64,000 nt of DNA from NCBI GenBank assembly GCA_046756385.1, contig JBHHWG010000001.1:7272-71271 (forward strand), written 5' to 3'. Below are positions 10,240 through 19,166 of this stretch, in pieces. The notes beneath the pieces were generated by a model. It made no database searches and was not told the DNA's origin. It was given only the letters and a program-made list of their open reading frames with translations. The stretch's first letter is position 1. Each line of letters starts with the position of its first letter. Position numbers and translations under genes: made by a program. The stretch is from Sphingomonadales bacterium (GTDB lineage: Bacteria; Pseudomonadota; Alphaproteobacteria; CAZZKF01).

Positions 10240-11394
10240 ATGCTTTGCGGGCAGGTGGGGGTGATATTGTCAGAAAATAAGATCCTAGGCGTTGACGACG
10301 TCGCAAAGTTGCTGGCCAACCCGTCAGCCGAGAACCGCGCGGATGCCGTTTCCAGGGTTGGGGCGGAGTTTGCCCGTGGCAGCCTGGACGAAAAATCCCG
10401 TAAGCTTGCCCTCGAAATATTCAGCCTCGTTTTACATGATGTCGAACTTCGGGTGCGTCAGGCGCTCGCCGAATCCGTTAAGGATAATCCGTCAATACCG
10501 CACAACCTGGCCAACACCCTGGCCCAGGATGTCGCCGAAGTGGCGATCCCGATTCTCCAGAATTCGACCGTTCTGGATGACGCGGACCTGATGAATATCG
10601 TAAGGAATTTCGATTCAGACCATCAAGCCGCGGTGGCCATGCGGCCGCGGGTCTCAGAAACTGTCGCCGATGCGCTGGTTGAAACCGGCGATGAGAAGGT
10701 CGTTGCGACTTTGGTGTCCAATGACGGGGCGCAAATTGCGGAACAGGCGATGTCGACGGTGCTCGATAAGTACGGCGATAAAGAATCCGTTAATGCCCCC
10801 TTGGCGCGACGACGCGAATTGCCGATTACCATTGCCGAACGGCTGGTGACGCTGGTTTCCGAATCCTTGCGGGAGCATATCGTCACCCATCATGAAATTT
10901 CCGGCGATCTGGCGAGCAACCTGATCCTTGAGAGCCGGGAACGGGCGACCATCGGCTTACTCGGGCCGGACGATGAAAAAACGGATGTTCTGGATCTGGT
11001 TGACCAGCTTTACGACCATGGCCGGTTGTCCTCGACTTTAATCCTGCGTGCCTTGTGCATGGGGGACATTGATTTTTTCGAGGCGAGCCTCGCCAAGCGC
11101 GCCTCTATTCCGCTGACGCACGCCTATAAGCTGATCCAGGATGAAGGGCCGTTGGGGCTTCAGTCGTTATTCAGGAAGGCCGGGATTTCATTACGCCTTC
11201 TGGAACTGACTAAAGTCGCCCTGAAAGTGAAGCGGGAAACCGAATATGATGGCGGAGAAAATGACCGCCAGCGCTTCCGCTCAAGAATGATCGAACGGGT
11301 TCTCACGACCCTGGAGACCGGGATCGATCCTGAAAACCTGGATTATTTCATTTCGAAACTGGGGGCCGAAGACACTGGGACCGGCGCGTCTTAG
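10240..11394 (+). CDS. DUF2336-like helical repeat protein
   Basis: 384 aa, all-alpha with repetitive HEAT/ARM-like architecture. Resembles the DUF2336 proteins common in Rhodospirillales. Start codon uncertain (alternative GTG). Confidence 0.5.
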   Translation: MLCGQVGVILSENKILGVDDVAKLLANPSAENRADAVSRVGAEFARGSLDEKSRKLALEIFSLVLHDVELRVRQALAESVKDNPSIPHNLANTLAQDVAEVAIPILQNSTVLDDADLMNIVRNFDSDHQAAVAMRPRVSETVADALVETGDEKVVATLVSNDGAQIAEQAMSTVLDKYGDKESVNAPLARRRELPITIAERLVTLVSESLREHIVTHHEISGDLASNLILESRERATIGLLGPDDEKTDVLDLVDQLYDHGRLSSTLILRALCMGDIDFFEASLAKRASIPLTHAYKLIQDEGPLGLQSLFRKAGISLRLLELTKVALKVKRETEYDGGENDRQRFRSRMIERVLTTLETGIDPENLDYFISKLGAEDTGTGAS

Positions 11395-11403
11395 AACCTG
11401 GTT

Positions 11404-14385
11404 TTACTTTAATCGCCCCAGCGCCTGGGCGATCAAAACATAAACCTTGCCGATATTGGACGACAAAAACGTGACACTCAGCGCGCCGTCGCGGTCACAG
11501 GTCTTCGCCCGGGTCAACAGCTCCTCGAATTGTTCCATGAATCGTTGCGTATGGTTGCGGAATTCCGGATCAATCCGGTGTTTCCGGGCTATCTTGAGCC
11601 GCACGGCGCGGCTTCCCATATTCAATATCCGCCTCGAAAACAGACTGCGATCGCCCTCAACATAGCGATGCCAAAGCTTGTCGGAGATATCAGTCTCAAG
11701 AATTCGGCCGATATCGACGGCCAGCGAGTTGAGAGTCTCGATCACCGTTGTCGAATTGCGCAGGAAGGAGTCCCGCGTGACGTCGTTCTGCTCGTTCGCG
11801 AGCTCTTTTTTGCGCGTCAGCAAATCAGTTGCCGCCTCGGCCACCAAACGAGATTGTGCGGCGACGGTTTTGCCGGTCAGCTCGGCGGCTTGAGCGGCAG
11901 CCTGCGAAGCCATGGCCAGCTGATCCGTGCGGTCGGCCACGGATTGGGTGGTCTCCGCCAGGGTATCGGAGATTCGGCCGCTAACATCGACTAGCCCCTC
12001 CGCATGTTCGCGCGCCACCTTATCAGCGTCCTGAAGGCGCCGAGCAACCTTGTCGAACTCCTGCCACGTTTGCTCGCGAGTGGTCGTTAAGTCTTCCCGC
12101 GCTTCGCTCAGGCGGGTAATCAGTTGGCCGGCCTGGTCCGCTAGCTGGCCGGCCGCCTTGTTGAACCGTTGCTCCGCCTGTTCCGAGGCCGATGCGATCA
12201 AGTCGGCCCGGGCCACGAATTGATCGCCCAGCGCCTCTATTTCCGTAAAACGCACACTGACCTCGCCCAGCGCTTCCATGATTGCCGCAATGCGCTCGCG
12301 CCCGGTTTCCTCAAAGTCGAACAGTTGTGCGGCCTGCTTGCCAAGCTCGCTGCCCGCCTCGCTCACCTGGGATGCCGACTCGCGCGAGGTTTCGGACAGC
12401 TTCGCCATGTACCTGCGCAGCGCTTCAAGGGCGTCCTCGGCGGTCTTTTTGCCGTCATCGACAATCTCTCCAAGGCGTTTCCCCGCACCCTCGAACGCTT
12501 GTTCGGCTTCGCCAATTTCCAAAATCGAAGCGGCGGCGCCAGACCGCACGGCGTCAGCGGTTTGGACGAACTGGCCCTCGGCGGACGCCACTTTATCCAC
12601 GATATCGCTTAAAGCGGCAGCCAGGCCCTGGACATGCCCCTCAACTGTCTCGGCCGCCGCGGCCGTGGACTGGGCAATCTCGTCGGACAGTTCGCGCAGC
12701 CCAGCCGCCCCGGACTTAAACTTGCCCTGAAGGCCGTCAACGCGCTCCCCGGCGTCGGCAACTGCTTCGTTCAGATTATCCCTTGCCTGATCGAGCGATT
12801 GACCCAGAGTGGCGACGGTTTCGGCGGCGGTTGTGACCGCTTCGCCGAGGCCCTCGGTGGAACCGCTCAAGGCTTCCGACGACTGTTTGAAACGAGCGAG
12901 CGCCGCTTCGGCTTGTTTTTCGAGGTCCCTGGCGCTGGCTTCCAGGAAGTCGCGCGCCTGCTCGGTTCGGCTGACCATCCGGTCGGCGGAATGATCCGCG
13001 GTTTCGGAAACCTCCCTGGCTTGCTCCTGAAACTGGCCCACGGCGCTCGTCATCCGTTCCAGCGCGTCGTCGACCGAACCGCGCCACGCCGAGGTCACGT
13101 CTTTAGCCTTTTGCCCCATGTCCTCGGTGGCGGCCGAAATCCGCTCGGCGGCCGTGCTCGATGCCTCGGTCAGTTTGGCTGCCTGTTCATCGAAAGCCTC
13201 GCCGGATTTCGTAAACAGGCCCGCGGCCTCGGTCACGGCCGAGACCACACTTCCGGTCTGCTCGCTCAGGGTCTGGCCGGCCTCCACCGCTTTTTGAGTG
13301 ACCAGCTCGGTGTTTGAAGCCATGGCCTCGGCATGGCCGCCCACGGTCTTTTCGATTTCATCAGCGCTCGCGGCAACCGCTTTCGCGGTTTCGTTGAGTT
13401 GCTCCGCACTCTGGGACAAAGCGCCTTTGATCCGCTCTGTTTGGGTCGCCGTGTTTTCGGAAGCGGTCTGCAGTCCCTGGCACTGCTCCTGCAATACGCG
13501 ACCTAAACTTTCGGCTTTCTCCGCCGTATTTTCCGACGCGGAGTCGAGTATCCCCATGTGGAACTCCAGCCGCTCACCCAGCCCGGTCGCCTTTTCTCCG
13601 GTTTTCTCGATGATCTTTTCCAGGCTGTCCGCCTGGCTCTGCAACAATTCGCGCGCCTTTTCAGCCTGTTTGGCGGCCTTGCCGGTAGCCTCATCAAAAT
13701 CGGCGGCGCCTTTGGCGATCAAGTCTGAAGCCTGCGACGCCTGGCTGGTCAATTGCTTGGACAACCTGGCGAAATCCTTGGTGTCACCTTGCAGCGATTT
13801 CTTAATGCCGCCGGCTTGCTGTGCCGCCTCCGTGGCGGCTTGCCTGAGTTCCGTGATCTGGCCACGGAATATCGCCTCTATCCGTGCAATCTCGACCCGG
13901 GCATGACTGGTCGCCGCATTCAGCTCATTGACCTGCGTCCGCAGGCCATCCTTGATCGTTTGGACCTTGGCCTCGGCTTCCCCGGCGGGATAAAGAAAAT
14001 CGGACAGATTTTGCCGCAAAGCCGCCGCCTCGGCTTTCATCTCCCGACCTCGGCGCAAATAAAGGGCAATCAGCCAGAACACGGCGACCGGGGCGAAAAT
14101 GCCGGCCAAGGCCATCGCCATTTCATGTGGCGGGGCCGCAACGAAATCCGCCCAAGCCTGGCGCGAGTGTATATAAAGGCTCGTCAACGCAATCCAGACC
14201 AGGCTCGCTCCCAAGGCGACGAGAAACAGCCAGCCCCGTTCAGGCGCTTCTCCGAGATTTGGTGTCGCCACGGGCGCAGGCCCCTGGGGTTTTTTCCGGT
14301 TCGATTTTTGCTTGGCCATGAGGTTATCGATGATGGAAATCCCAAATGAAAATACATGGGAATTTCTCCCATTTCGCGCTAGCAT
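11404..14385 (-). CDS. membrane-anchored giant coiled-coil protein (TipN-like architecture)
   Basis: 993 aa. GAGGA RBS before the ATG at 14385. Two N-terminal TM helices, about 800 aa of low-complexity A/E/Q/T-rich coiled coil, and a distinct roughly 130-aa C-terminal globular domain (KLWHRYVEGDRSLFSRRILNMGSRAVRLKIARKHR...). Confidence 0.6.
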   Translation of the reverse strand: MLARNGRNSHVFSFGISIIDNLMAKQKSNRKKPQGPAPVATPNLGEAPERGWLFLVALGASLVWIALTSLYIHSRQAWADFVAAPPHEMAMALAGIFAPVAVFWLIALYLRRGREMKAEAAALRQNLSDFLYPAGEAEAKVQTIKDGLRTQVNELNAATSHARVEIARIEAIFRGQITELRQAATEAAQQAGGIKKSLQGDTKDFARLSKQLTSQASQASDLIAKGAADFDEATGKAAKQAEKARELLQSQADSLEKIIEKTGEKATGLGERLEFHMGILDSASENTAEKAESLGRVLQEQCQGLQTASENTATQTERIKGALSQSAEQLNETAKAVAASADEIEKTVGGHAEAMASNTELVTQKAVEAGQTLSEQTGSVVSAVTEAAGLFTKSGEAFDEQAAKLTEASSTAAERISAATEDMGQKAKDVTSAWRGSVDDALERMTSAVGQFQEQAREVSETADHSADRMVSRTEQARDFLEASARDLEKQAEAALARFKQSSEALSGSTEGLGEAVTTAAETVATLGQSLDQARDNLNEAVADAGERVDGLQGKFKSGAAGLRELSDEIAQSTAAAAETVEGHVQGLAAALSDIVDKVASAEGQFVQTADAVRSGAAASILEIGEAEQAFEGAGKRLGEIVDDGKKTAEDALEALRRYMAKLSETSRESASQVSEAGSELGKQAAQLFDFEETGRERIAAIMEALGEVSVRFTEIEALGDQFVARADLIASASEQAEQRFNKAAGQLADQAGQLITRLSEAREDLTTTREQTWQEFDKVARRLQDADKVAREHAEGLVDVSGRISDTLAETTQSVADRTDQLAMASQAAAQAAELTGKTVAAQSRLVAEAATDLLTRKKELANEQNDVTRDSFLRNSTTVIETLNSLAVDIGRILETDISDKLWHRYVEGDRSLFSRRILNMGSRAVRLKIARKHRIDPEFRNHTQRFMEQFEELLTRAKTCDRDGALSVTFLSSNIGKVYVLIAQALGRLK

Positions 14386-14545
14386 TCCTTATCCTCTCTG
14401 ATACGTCAATAACTTAGCACGCGACGCTGGGCTTCACGAGCGACTATTGCTAACTTGACGAGGGCGTCTTGCGCGACAAGGACAGCGGGCCAAATTCATT
14501 CGACGTGCTCTTTCGTCAGGAACAGCTATTGTATAGGCTCAGGCC

Positions 14546-14800
14546 ATGACCAAGGCGAGCAGACGGCAGGCGCGATCCATAAGTTCGGCGCAACGGCGCT
14601 ATTTGGAGCTAGGTTTGGCTCAGCCGGGCGGCAAATTGCCGCTGTTCGACCCCGACGGCCAGGAGATTGACGCGCGCACCATCCGTGCCTGCATCAAGCA
14701 TGGCTGGGCCGAGCCCTGGATCCAAAATCCTGTTAAAAGAGATTGGTTGGTGTGCCGGATAACGGAACAGGGACGTGAGGCTCTTGGCCAGAAAGATTAA
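14546..14800 (+). CDS. small hypothetical protein, possible winged-helix DNA-binding fold
   Basis: 84 aa; basic N-terminus. The C-terminal segment TIRACIKHGWAE...WLVCRITEQGREAL resembles a recognition helix plus wing. Weak RBS. Sits in a 450-bp gap upstream of the receiver gene. Confidence 0.35.
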   Translation: MTKASRRQARSISSAQRRYLELGLAQPGGKLPLFDPDGQEIDARTIRACIKHGWAEPWIQNPVKRDWLVCRITEQGREALGQKD

Positions 14801-14834
14801 CAGTTGGCTTTAACGGGACCAGCAGGGACGAAAT

Positions 14835-15386
14835 ATGACGTTGTACGATTTGGAGCGATTCTCCGTGCTGTTGGTCGAAGACAGTCCCTTCATGCGTTCG
14901 ATGATGCTGAATGCACTAAAGGTTTTGGGTGTCGGCACGGTCACGACGCTTGAGGACGGGGGCCGGGCGATCGATTTCCTGCATCTCGTGCATAGCAATC
15001 CAATGCGGGCGGGCGTCCAGACGGTCGACATCATCGTGTCCAACTGGGAAATGTCGCCGGTGGACGGCATGATGCTGTTGCGGTGGGTGCGTCGGCACAA
15101 GGATTCGGAAGACCGGTTCATACCGTTCATTATGGTTTCGGGCCATTCCGAGACAAACCGGGTCCAGCAAGCTCGCGACCTGGGCGTCACCGAGTTTCTG
15201 TGCAAGCCGTTCTCGATCAAGGCCTTGGGCGAAAAACTGCTTTCCGTCATCGACCGGCCCCGGCAGTTTGTTCATACCAAGGATTATTTCGGTCCCGATC
15301 GGCGGCGAACGGATTTGCCGTTTGAAGGGCCGGAAAAGCGCAAGCTGACTGACGAGAGCGAGGATGTGGAGATTGTCCATGGCTAA
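14835..15386 (+). CDS. CheY-like receiver domain protein with Asn replacing the phospho-acceptor Asp
   Basis: 183 aa. Aligns to CheY along its length. The acid pocket (LLVEDS), Ser/Thr87 (IMVSGHS) and Lys109 (LCKPF) are conserved. The D57 position reads VSNWEMSPVDG, i.e. Asn instead of Asp. A roughly 50-aa charged C-terminal tail follows. Confidence 0.75.
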   Translation: MTLYDLERFSVLLVEDSPFMRSMMLNALKVLGVGTVTTLEDGGRAIDFLHLVHSNPMRAGVQTVDIIVSNWEMSPVDGMMLLRWVRRHKDSEDRFIPFIMVSGHSETNRVQQARDLGVTEFLCKPFSIKALGEKLLSVIDRPRQFVHTKDYFGPDRRRTDLPFEGPEKRKLTDESEDVEIVHG

Positions 15387-15888
15387 ACCGGCGGTCAAGG
15401 TTCGGTTTTACCGGTTTCAGAATCGCCTCAAGAAAAAGGCTGGCGGGGCGGGCGCCAAGGGTGTCGGGGCGATCGCTCCGGAAGTTCTGCTGCGGGCCCA
15501 GCAGGCGCTGGACAGGGTGGCGGAGGATTATCCGGACTGGGTGTCGAAGTTGATCCGGAATCTCTATGAGGAACATGCGCATTGTCTGGAGACCACGGAA
15601 CGGCGGCGAGGCTATTTTGGCAACATCCACCGAATTGCCCATGACATGAAGGGGCAGGGCGGTACCTTCGGTTACGACCTGATTTCAACCTTTTCCGAAT
15701 CGCTGTGTGACGTTACCAGCCGGACCGCGGGAACCAGCGACAGCCATGTCGAGATCGTCAAAGCCCATATCGATGCCATGAACGCCGTGATCAAGGAGCG
15801 GGTCAAGGGTGACGGTGGGGAGGTCGGTCAGGCGATCGCCAAGAGCCTTCAGGACGCGATCGGCAAATTCGAAAACAGGAAACATTAG
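15379..15888 (+). CDS. Hpt (histidine phosphotransfer) domain protein
   Basis: About 170 aa with the HDMKGQGGTFG motif (HxxKGxxxxxG). The ATG at 15379 overlaps the receiver stop by 8 nt (ATGGCTAA); 15364 is an alternative start. Confidence 0.65.
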   Translation: MAKPAVKVRFYRFQNRLKKKAGGAGAKGVGAIAPEVLLRAQQALDRVAEDYPDWVSKLIRNLYEEHAHCLETTERRRGYFGNIHRIAHDMKGQGGTFGYDLISTFSESLCDVTSRTAGTSDSHVEIVKAHIDAMNAVIKERVKGDGGEVGQAIAKSLQDAIGKFENRKH

Positions 15889-15961
15889 ACACATTTCCAG
15901 GCATTTGATTCCATAAGAGCTGAAAGTGCTCTAAAGTTCGGAACCAAAAACAGAATTAGTC

Positions 15962-17533
15962 ATGGCCGCATCAAAACCCAAGCCCCGCAAGCGCCCATCG
16001 TCAGCCGCGTCAGCGACCGCCTTCAGAAAGCATTTACACAAGGGGCGGGCATTGATCGCCCGTAGCCGCTACCAGGACGCGATTAACGAGCTCGAGCGCG
16101 CCCACGGCATGCGGCCCGGCGACCCCGATGTGCTTTTCAGCCTCGCCGTGGTCTCAGACAGGTTGGGATCGCCGACCAAGGCCGCCGATCTATATGGCGC
16201 GGTGCTTCACAGGCGGCCTGATGCCGTCGAAGCAGCCAATAACCTGGGTAATGTTTTGGTTGCGATGGGCGAATATGAAGCCGCGGTGCAGACCCTGCGG
16301 GCAGCGATCGAACGGGAACCGGACGTTCCCGAGTTATGGCTCAGCCTGGGAAAGGCCCAGGCGGCCACGGCGGACAGGGCCAACGCCCGGATTTTTTATC
16401 AGCAGGCACTGAGCCTCAAGCCCAAATATGGCGAGGCTTATGCCAACCTGGCTGAGCTTTCCTGCGACGAAGGAAACCCGCGGGAGGCCATGGTTCATTT
16501 CGAAAAAGCCATGGCTCTTCTGCCCAAGGATCCCCAGGTGCGGTTCAATTTCGCGGTGACGCTGCTGGCGCTGGGGGATCTGGAGCGCGGCTGGGCTGAA
16601 TATGAATGTCGCCTGAAACCCGGAATGAGCCGTGCGATCGATTACCGTCACGGCCTGAACCGCTGGCGCGGCGAGCCGCTGGACGGTCGCACGGTCCTGG
16701 TCTGCGCGGAGCAGGGCCTTGGTGACCAGGTGTTGTTCGCGAGCTGTTTGCCCGATCTGATCGCCCGGACCGGCCACTGCATCATTGAATGTGAAGCGCG
16801 ACTGGTGGCCCTGTTCGAACAGTCGTTCCCCGAGGCTACGGTGCACGCCTACGAGGGCGGAAAGACCGATGGGCGTTGGGTGTTCTCCTACGACTGGCTG
16901 AGCGATGTGCCGCCGCCGGACTGCTATATCGAGCTTGGCGGTCTGCCGCTTTTGTTGCGGCGAAATATTTCCGATTTTCCGCGCCCAAACAAGTATTTAA
17001 AAGCGAAAGCGAATGTATCGGATGAATGGCGGGTCAAGCTTGGCGCGCTGGGGGACGGCCTCAAGGTCGGCATCTGCTGGCGCAGCATGTTGATGACCGC
17101 CGAACGGCGCAAGGATTATTCGGACCTCGACGACTGGGGTCCGATCCTGAGCCAGAAGAACGCCTGTTTCGTTAATCTCCAATATGACGAATGCGCCACT
17201 GAGCTCGATCGGGCGCGCAAGAAATTCGGGATCGAGATCCACGAGTTTCCTGACCTCGATCAAATGAACGACTTCCCCGGCGTTGCGGGCCTGATGTCGG
17301 CTCTAGACCTGGTCATTACGGCGCCGACCATGGTCTCGGGCCTGGCCGGCGCACTCGGCGTGCCGACCTTGCGCCTGATGCGAATGCGCGAATGGACCAC
17401 GCTGGGCAGCGATTTTGAGCCGTTCCAACCCTCGGTCACGCCGCTTTTCCCCGACACACCCGGCGACTGGGATGCGGTCCTGGAAAAGGCGGCGGCAAAG
17501 CTGGCGCACCTCGTTGGATCGCCGGGGCGTTAA
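15962..17533 (+). CDS. TPR-repeat protein fused to a GT9 (heptosyltransferase)-like C-terminal domain
   Basis: 523 aa. N-terminal TPR repeats. The C-terminal half has GT9 signatures (GLGDQVLF and the C-terminal LVITAPTMVSGLAGALGVPTLRL). Confidence 0.7.
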   Translation: MAASKPKPRKRPSSAASATAFRKHLHKGRALIARSRYQDAINELERAHGMRPGDPDVLFSLAVVSDRLGSPTKAADLYGAVLHRRPDAVEAANNLGNVLVAMGEYEAAVQTLRAAIEREPDVPELWLSLGKAQAATADRANARIFYQQALSLKPKYGEAYANLAELSCDEGNPREAMVHFEKAMALLPKDPQVRFNFAVTLLALGDLERGWAEYECRLKPGMSRAIDYRHGLNRWRGEPLDGRTVLVCAEQGLGDQVLFASCLPDLIARTGHCIIECEARLVALFEQSFPEATVHAYEGGKTDGRWVFSYDWLSDVPPPDCYIELGGLPLLLRRNISDFPRPNKYLKAKANVSDEWRVKLGALGDGLKVGICWRSMLMTAERRKDYSDLDDWGPILSQKNACFVNLQYDECATELDRARKKFGIEIHEFPDLDQMNDFPGVAGLMSALDLVITAPTMVSGLAGALGVPTLRLMRMREWTTLGSDFEPFQPSVTPLFPDTPGDWDAVLEKAAAKLAHLVGSPGR

Positions 17534-17578
17534 AAGAAAATCCTTGACCCGGCGAATCGGCCGTGATTCCCTGCGGGT

Positions 17579-17887
17579 ATGTCGCTGCTCCAGGAATTGA
17601 AACAAAAGGTAACGCAGGTCGCGGCTCCGGTATTCGGAGCGCTGGTCATCGTCTATTTCGGCTATCACACCATTGAGGGGCGATACGGGCTGATTGCCTT
17701 GCATCAGCTCAGGAGCGAAATCAGCGAGCTGCAAGAGCAGGCTCGCGGCCTTAAGGCGCGTCGTGAGGTGCTTGAGCATCGGGTGGCGATGCTGCGGCCC
17801 GACAATCTTGACCCCGATCTCCTGGAAGAGGAAGTGCGCAAGACGTTGGGATTCGTCCATAAGGACGAGATTGTCATCTTTCCCTGA
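17579..17887 (+). CDS. ftsB: septum formation initiator family protein (FtsB/DivIC-like)
   Basis: 102 aa with one TM helix and then a coiled coil. Lies immediately upstream of pdhA, as is conserved in alphaproteobacteria. Confidence 0.7.
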   Translation: MSLLQELKQKVTQVAAPVFGALVIVYFGYHTIEGRYGLIALHQLRSEISELQEQARGLKARREVLEHRVAMLRPDNLDPDLLEEEVRKTLGFVHKDEIVIFP

Positions 17888-18066
17888 CTGGCGCGCTGGG
17901 AAATGTATCCTTGCGACGCGACGATTAACCAAAATCAGGTTAATTGACGATTCCTGTTGGAAAAACAACCGGTTTGCTATTAATTGCATCTTTGCACGCG
18001 CGCATGCGATCACATTGGGCCCGCCCACGGACCCTGTGATCTCATGAGCGCATCGAGCCTGAAACG

Positions 18067-19113
18067 ATGCCCGGATTGAATATGGAAATGGCCAGAACAC
18101 CGCCCGCCAAGCCACCCGCCAAACGAAAACGCAAGGCCGCCGCGCCGACCTATGACGCCACGTCGGCCGAGTTGCTGGAGTTCTATCGGACCATGTTGCT
18201 GCTTCGCCGATTCGAGGAGAAGGCGGGGCAGATGTACGGCATGGGTCTGATTGGCGGATTCTGCCACCTTTATATCGGCCAGGAGGCGATCGCGGTCGGC
18301 ATGAAGGCCGCGTTGTCAAAATTAGATAACATAATCACCAGCTATCGCGACCACGGCCACCTGCTCGCGGCGGACGCAGACCCCAAGGCGGTGATGGCGG
18401 AGCTGACCGGACGCATCGGCGGCATTTCACGCGGCAAGGGCGGGTCGATGCATATGTTCGATCCGGACGCCGGATTTTACGGTGGCCACGGCATTGTCGG
18501 CGCCCAGGTGCCAATCGGAACCGGGCTTGCCTTTTCCCACCAGTACCGCAACACCGGCGGGGTCTCCGTCGTTTATTTTGGCGATGGCGCGGCAAACCAG
18601 GGCCAGGTCTACGAGGCCTTCAACATGGCCGAGCTCTGGTGCCTGCCGGTACTGTTCGTGATCGAAAACAACCAGTACGCCATGGGTACCTCGGTCAAAC
18701 GCTCGTCGGCACAGACACAGTTGTCGAGACGCGGAGACAGCTTCGGGATTCACGGGATTCAGGTCGACGGCATGAACGTGCTTGAGGTCAAGGCGGCGGC
18801 TGACGAGGCGCTGGCGTGGTGCCGGGCCGGGAAGGGGCCGCGAATTCTGGAAATGAAAACCTACCGCTATCGTGGGCATTCGATGTCGGACCCGGCCAAA
18901 TACCGGTCGCGGGAGGAAGTCCAGAAAATGCGCGCCGAACATGACCCGATCGATCAGGTGCGCCGCCGGCTGATTGACGGTGGCCATACCGATGAGGCGG
19001 CGCTGAAGGAAATCGATCGGCAGATCAAGGCGGTCGTGGCCGAGGCGGCCGAGTTCGCCCAGTCCAGTCCCGAGCCTGACCCCGAGGAGCTTTATGCCGA
19101 TGTCGTTCTTTAG
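18067..19113 (+). CDS. pdhA: pyruvate dehydrogenase E1 component alpha subunit
   Basis: 348 aa with a TPP-binding E1 alpha motif ([17 protein letters not shown]). Alternative ATGs at 18082 and 18088. Confidence 0.9.
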   Translation: MPGLNMEMARTPPAKPPAKRKRKAAAPTYDATSAELLEFYRTMLLLRRFEEKAGQMYGMGLIGGFCHLYIGQEAIAVGMKAALSKLDNIITSYRDHGHLLAADADPKAVMAELTGRIGGISRGKGGSMHMFDPDAGFYGGHGIVGAQVPIGTGLAFSHQYRNTGGVSVVYFGDGAANQGQVYEAFNMAELWCLPVLFVIENNQYAMGTSVKRSSAQTQLSRRGDSFGIHGIQVDGMNVLEVKAAADEALAWCRAGKGPRILEMKTYRYRGHSMSDPAKYRSREEVQKMRAEHDPIDQVRRRLIDGGHTDEAALKEIDRQIKAVVAEAAEFAQSSPEPDPEELYADVVL

Positions 19114-19166
19114 TGCCCAAAACAGCGGCCAGCATTATTCAAAATCAGCCAAGGCGGGGAATTGCA

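Noticed and set aside
12169-13906. Several plus-strand ORFs of 145-230 aa inside the coiled-coil gene
   Set aside because: They are generated by the low-complexity A/E/Q-rich repeat coding on the opposite strand. The translations are Arg/Pro/Ser-rich nonsense.
17303-18319. 338-aa minus-strand Arg-rich ORF
   Set aside because: It is antisense to the TPR/GT9 gene 3' end, ftsB and the pdhA 5' end. It has no domain signals.
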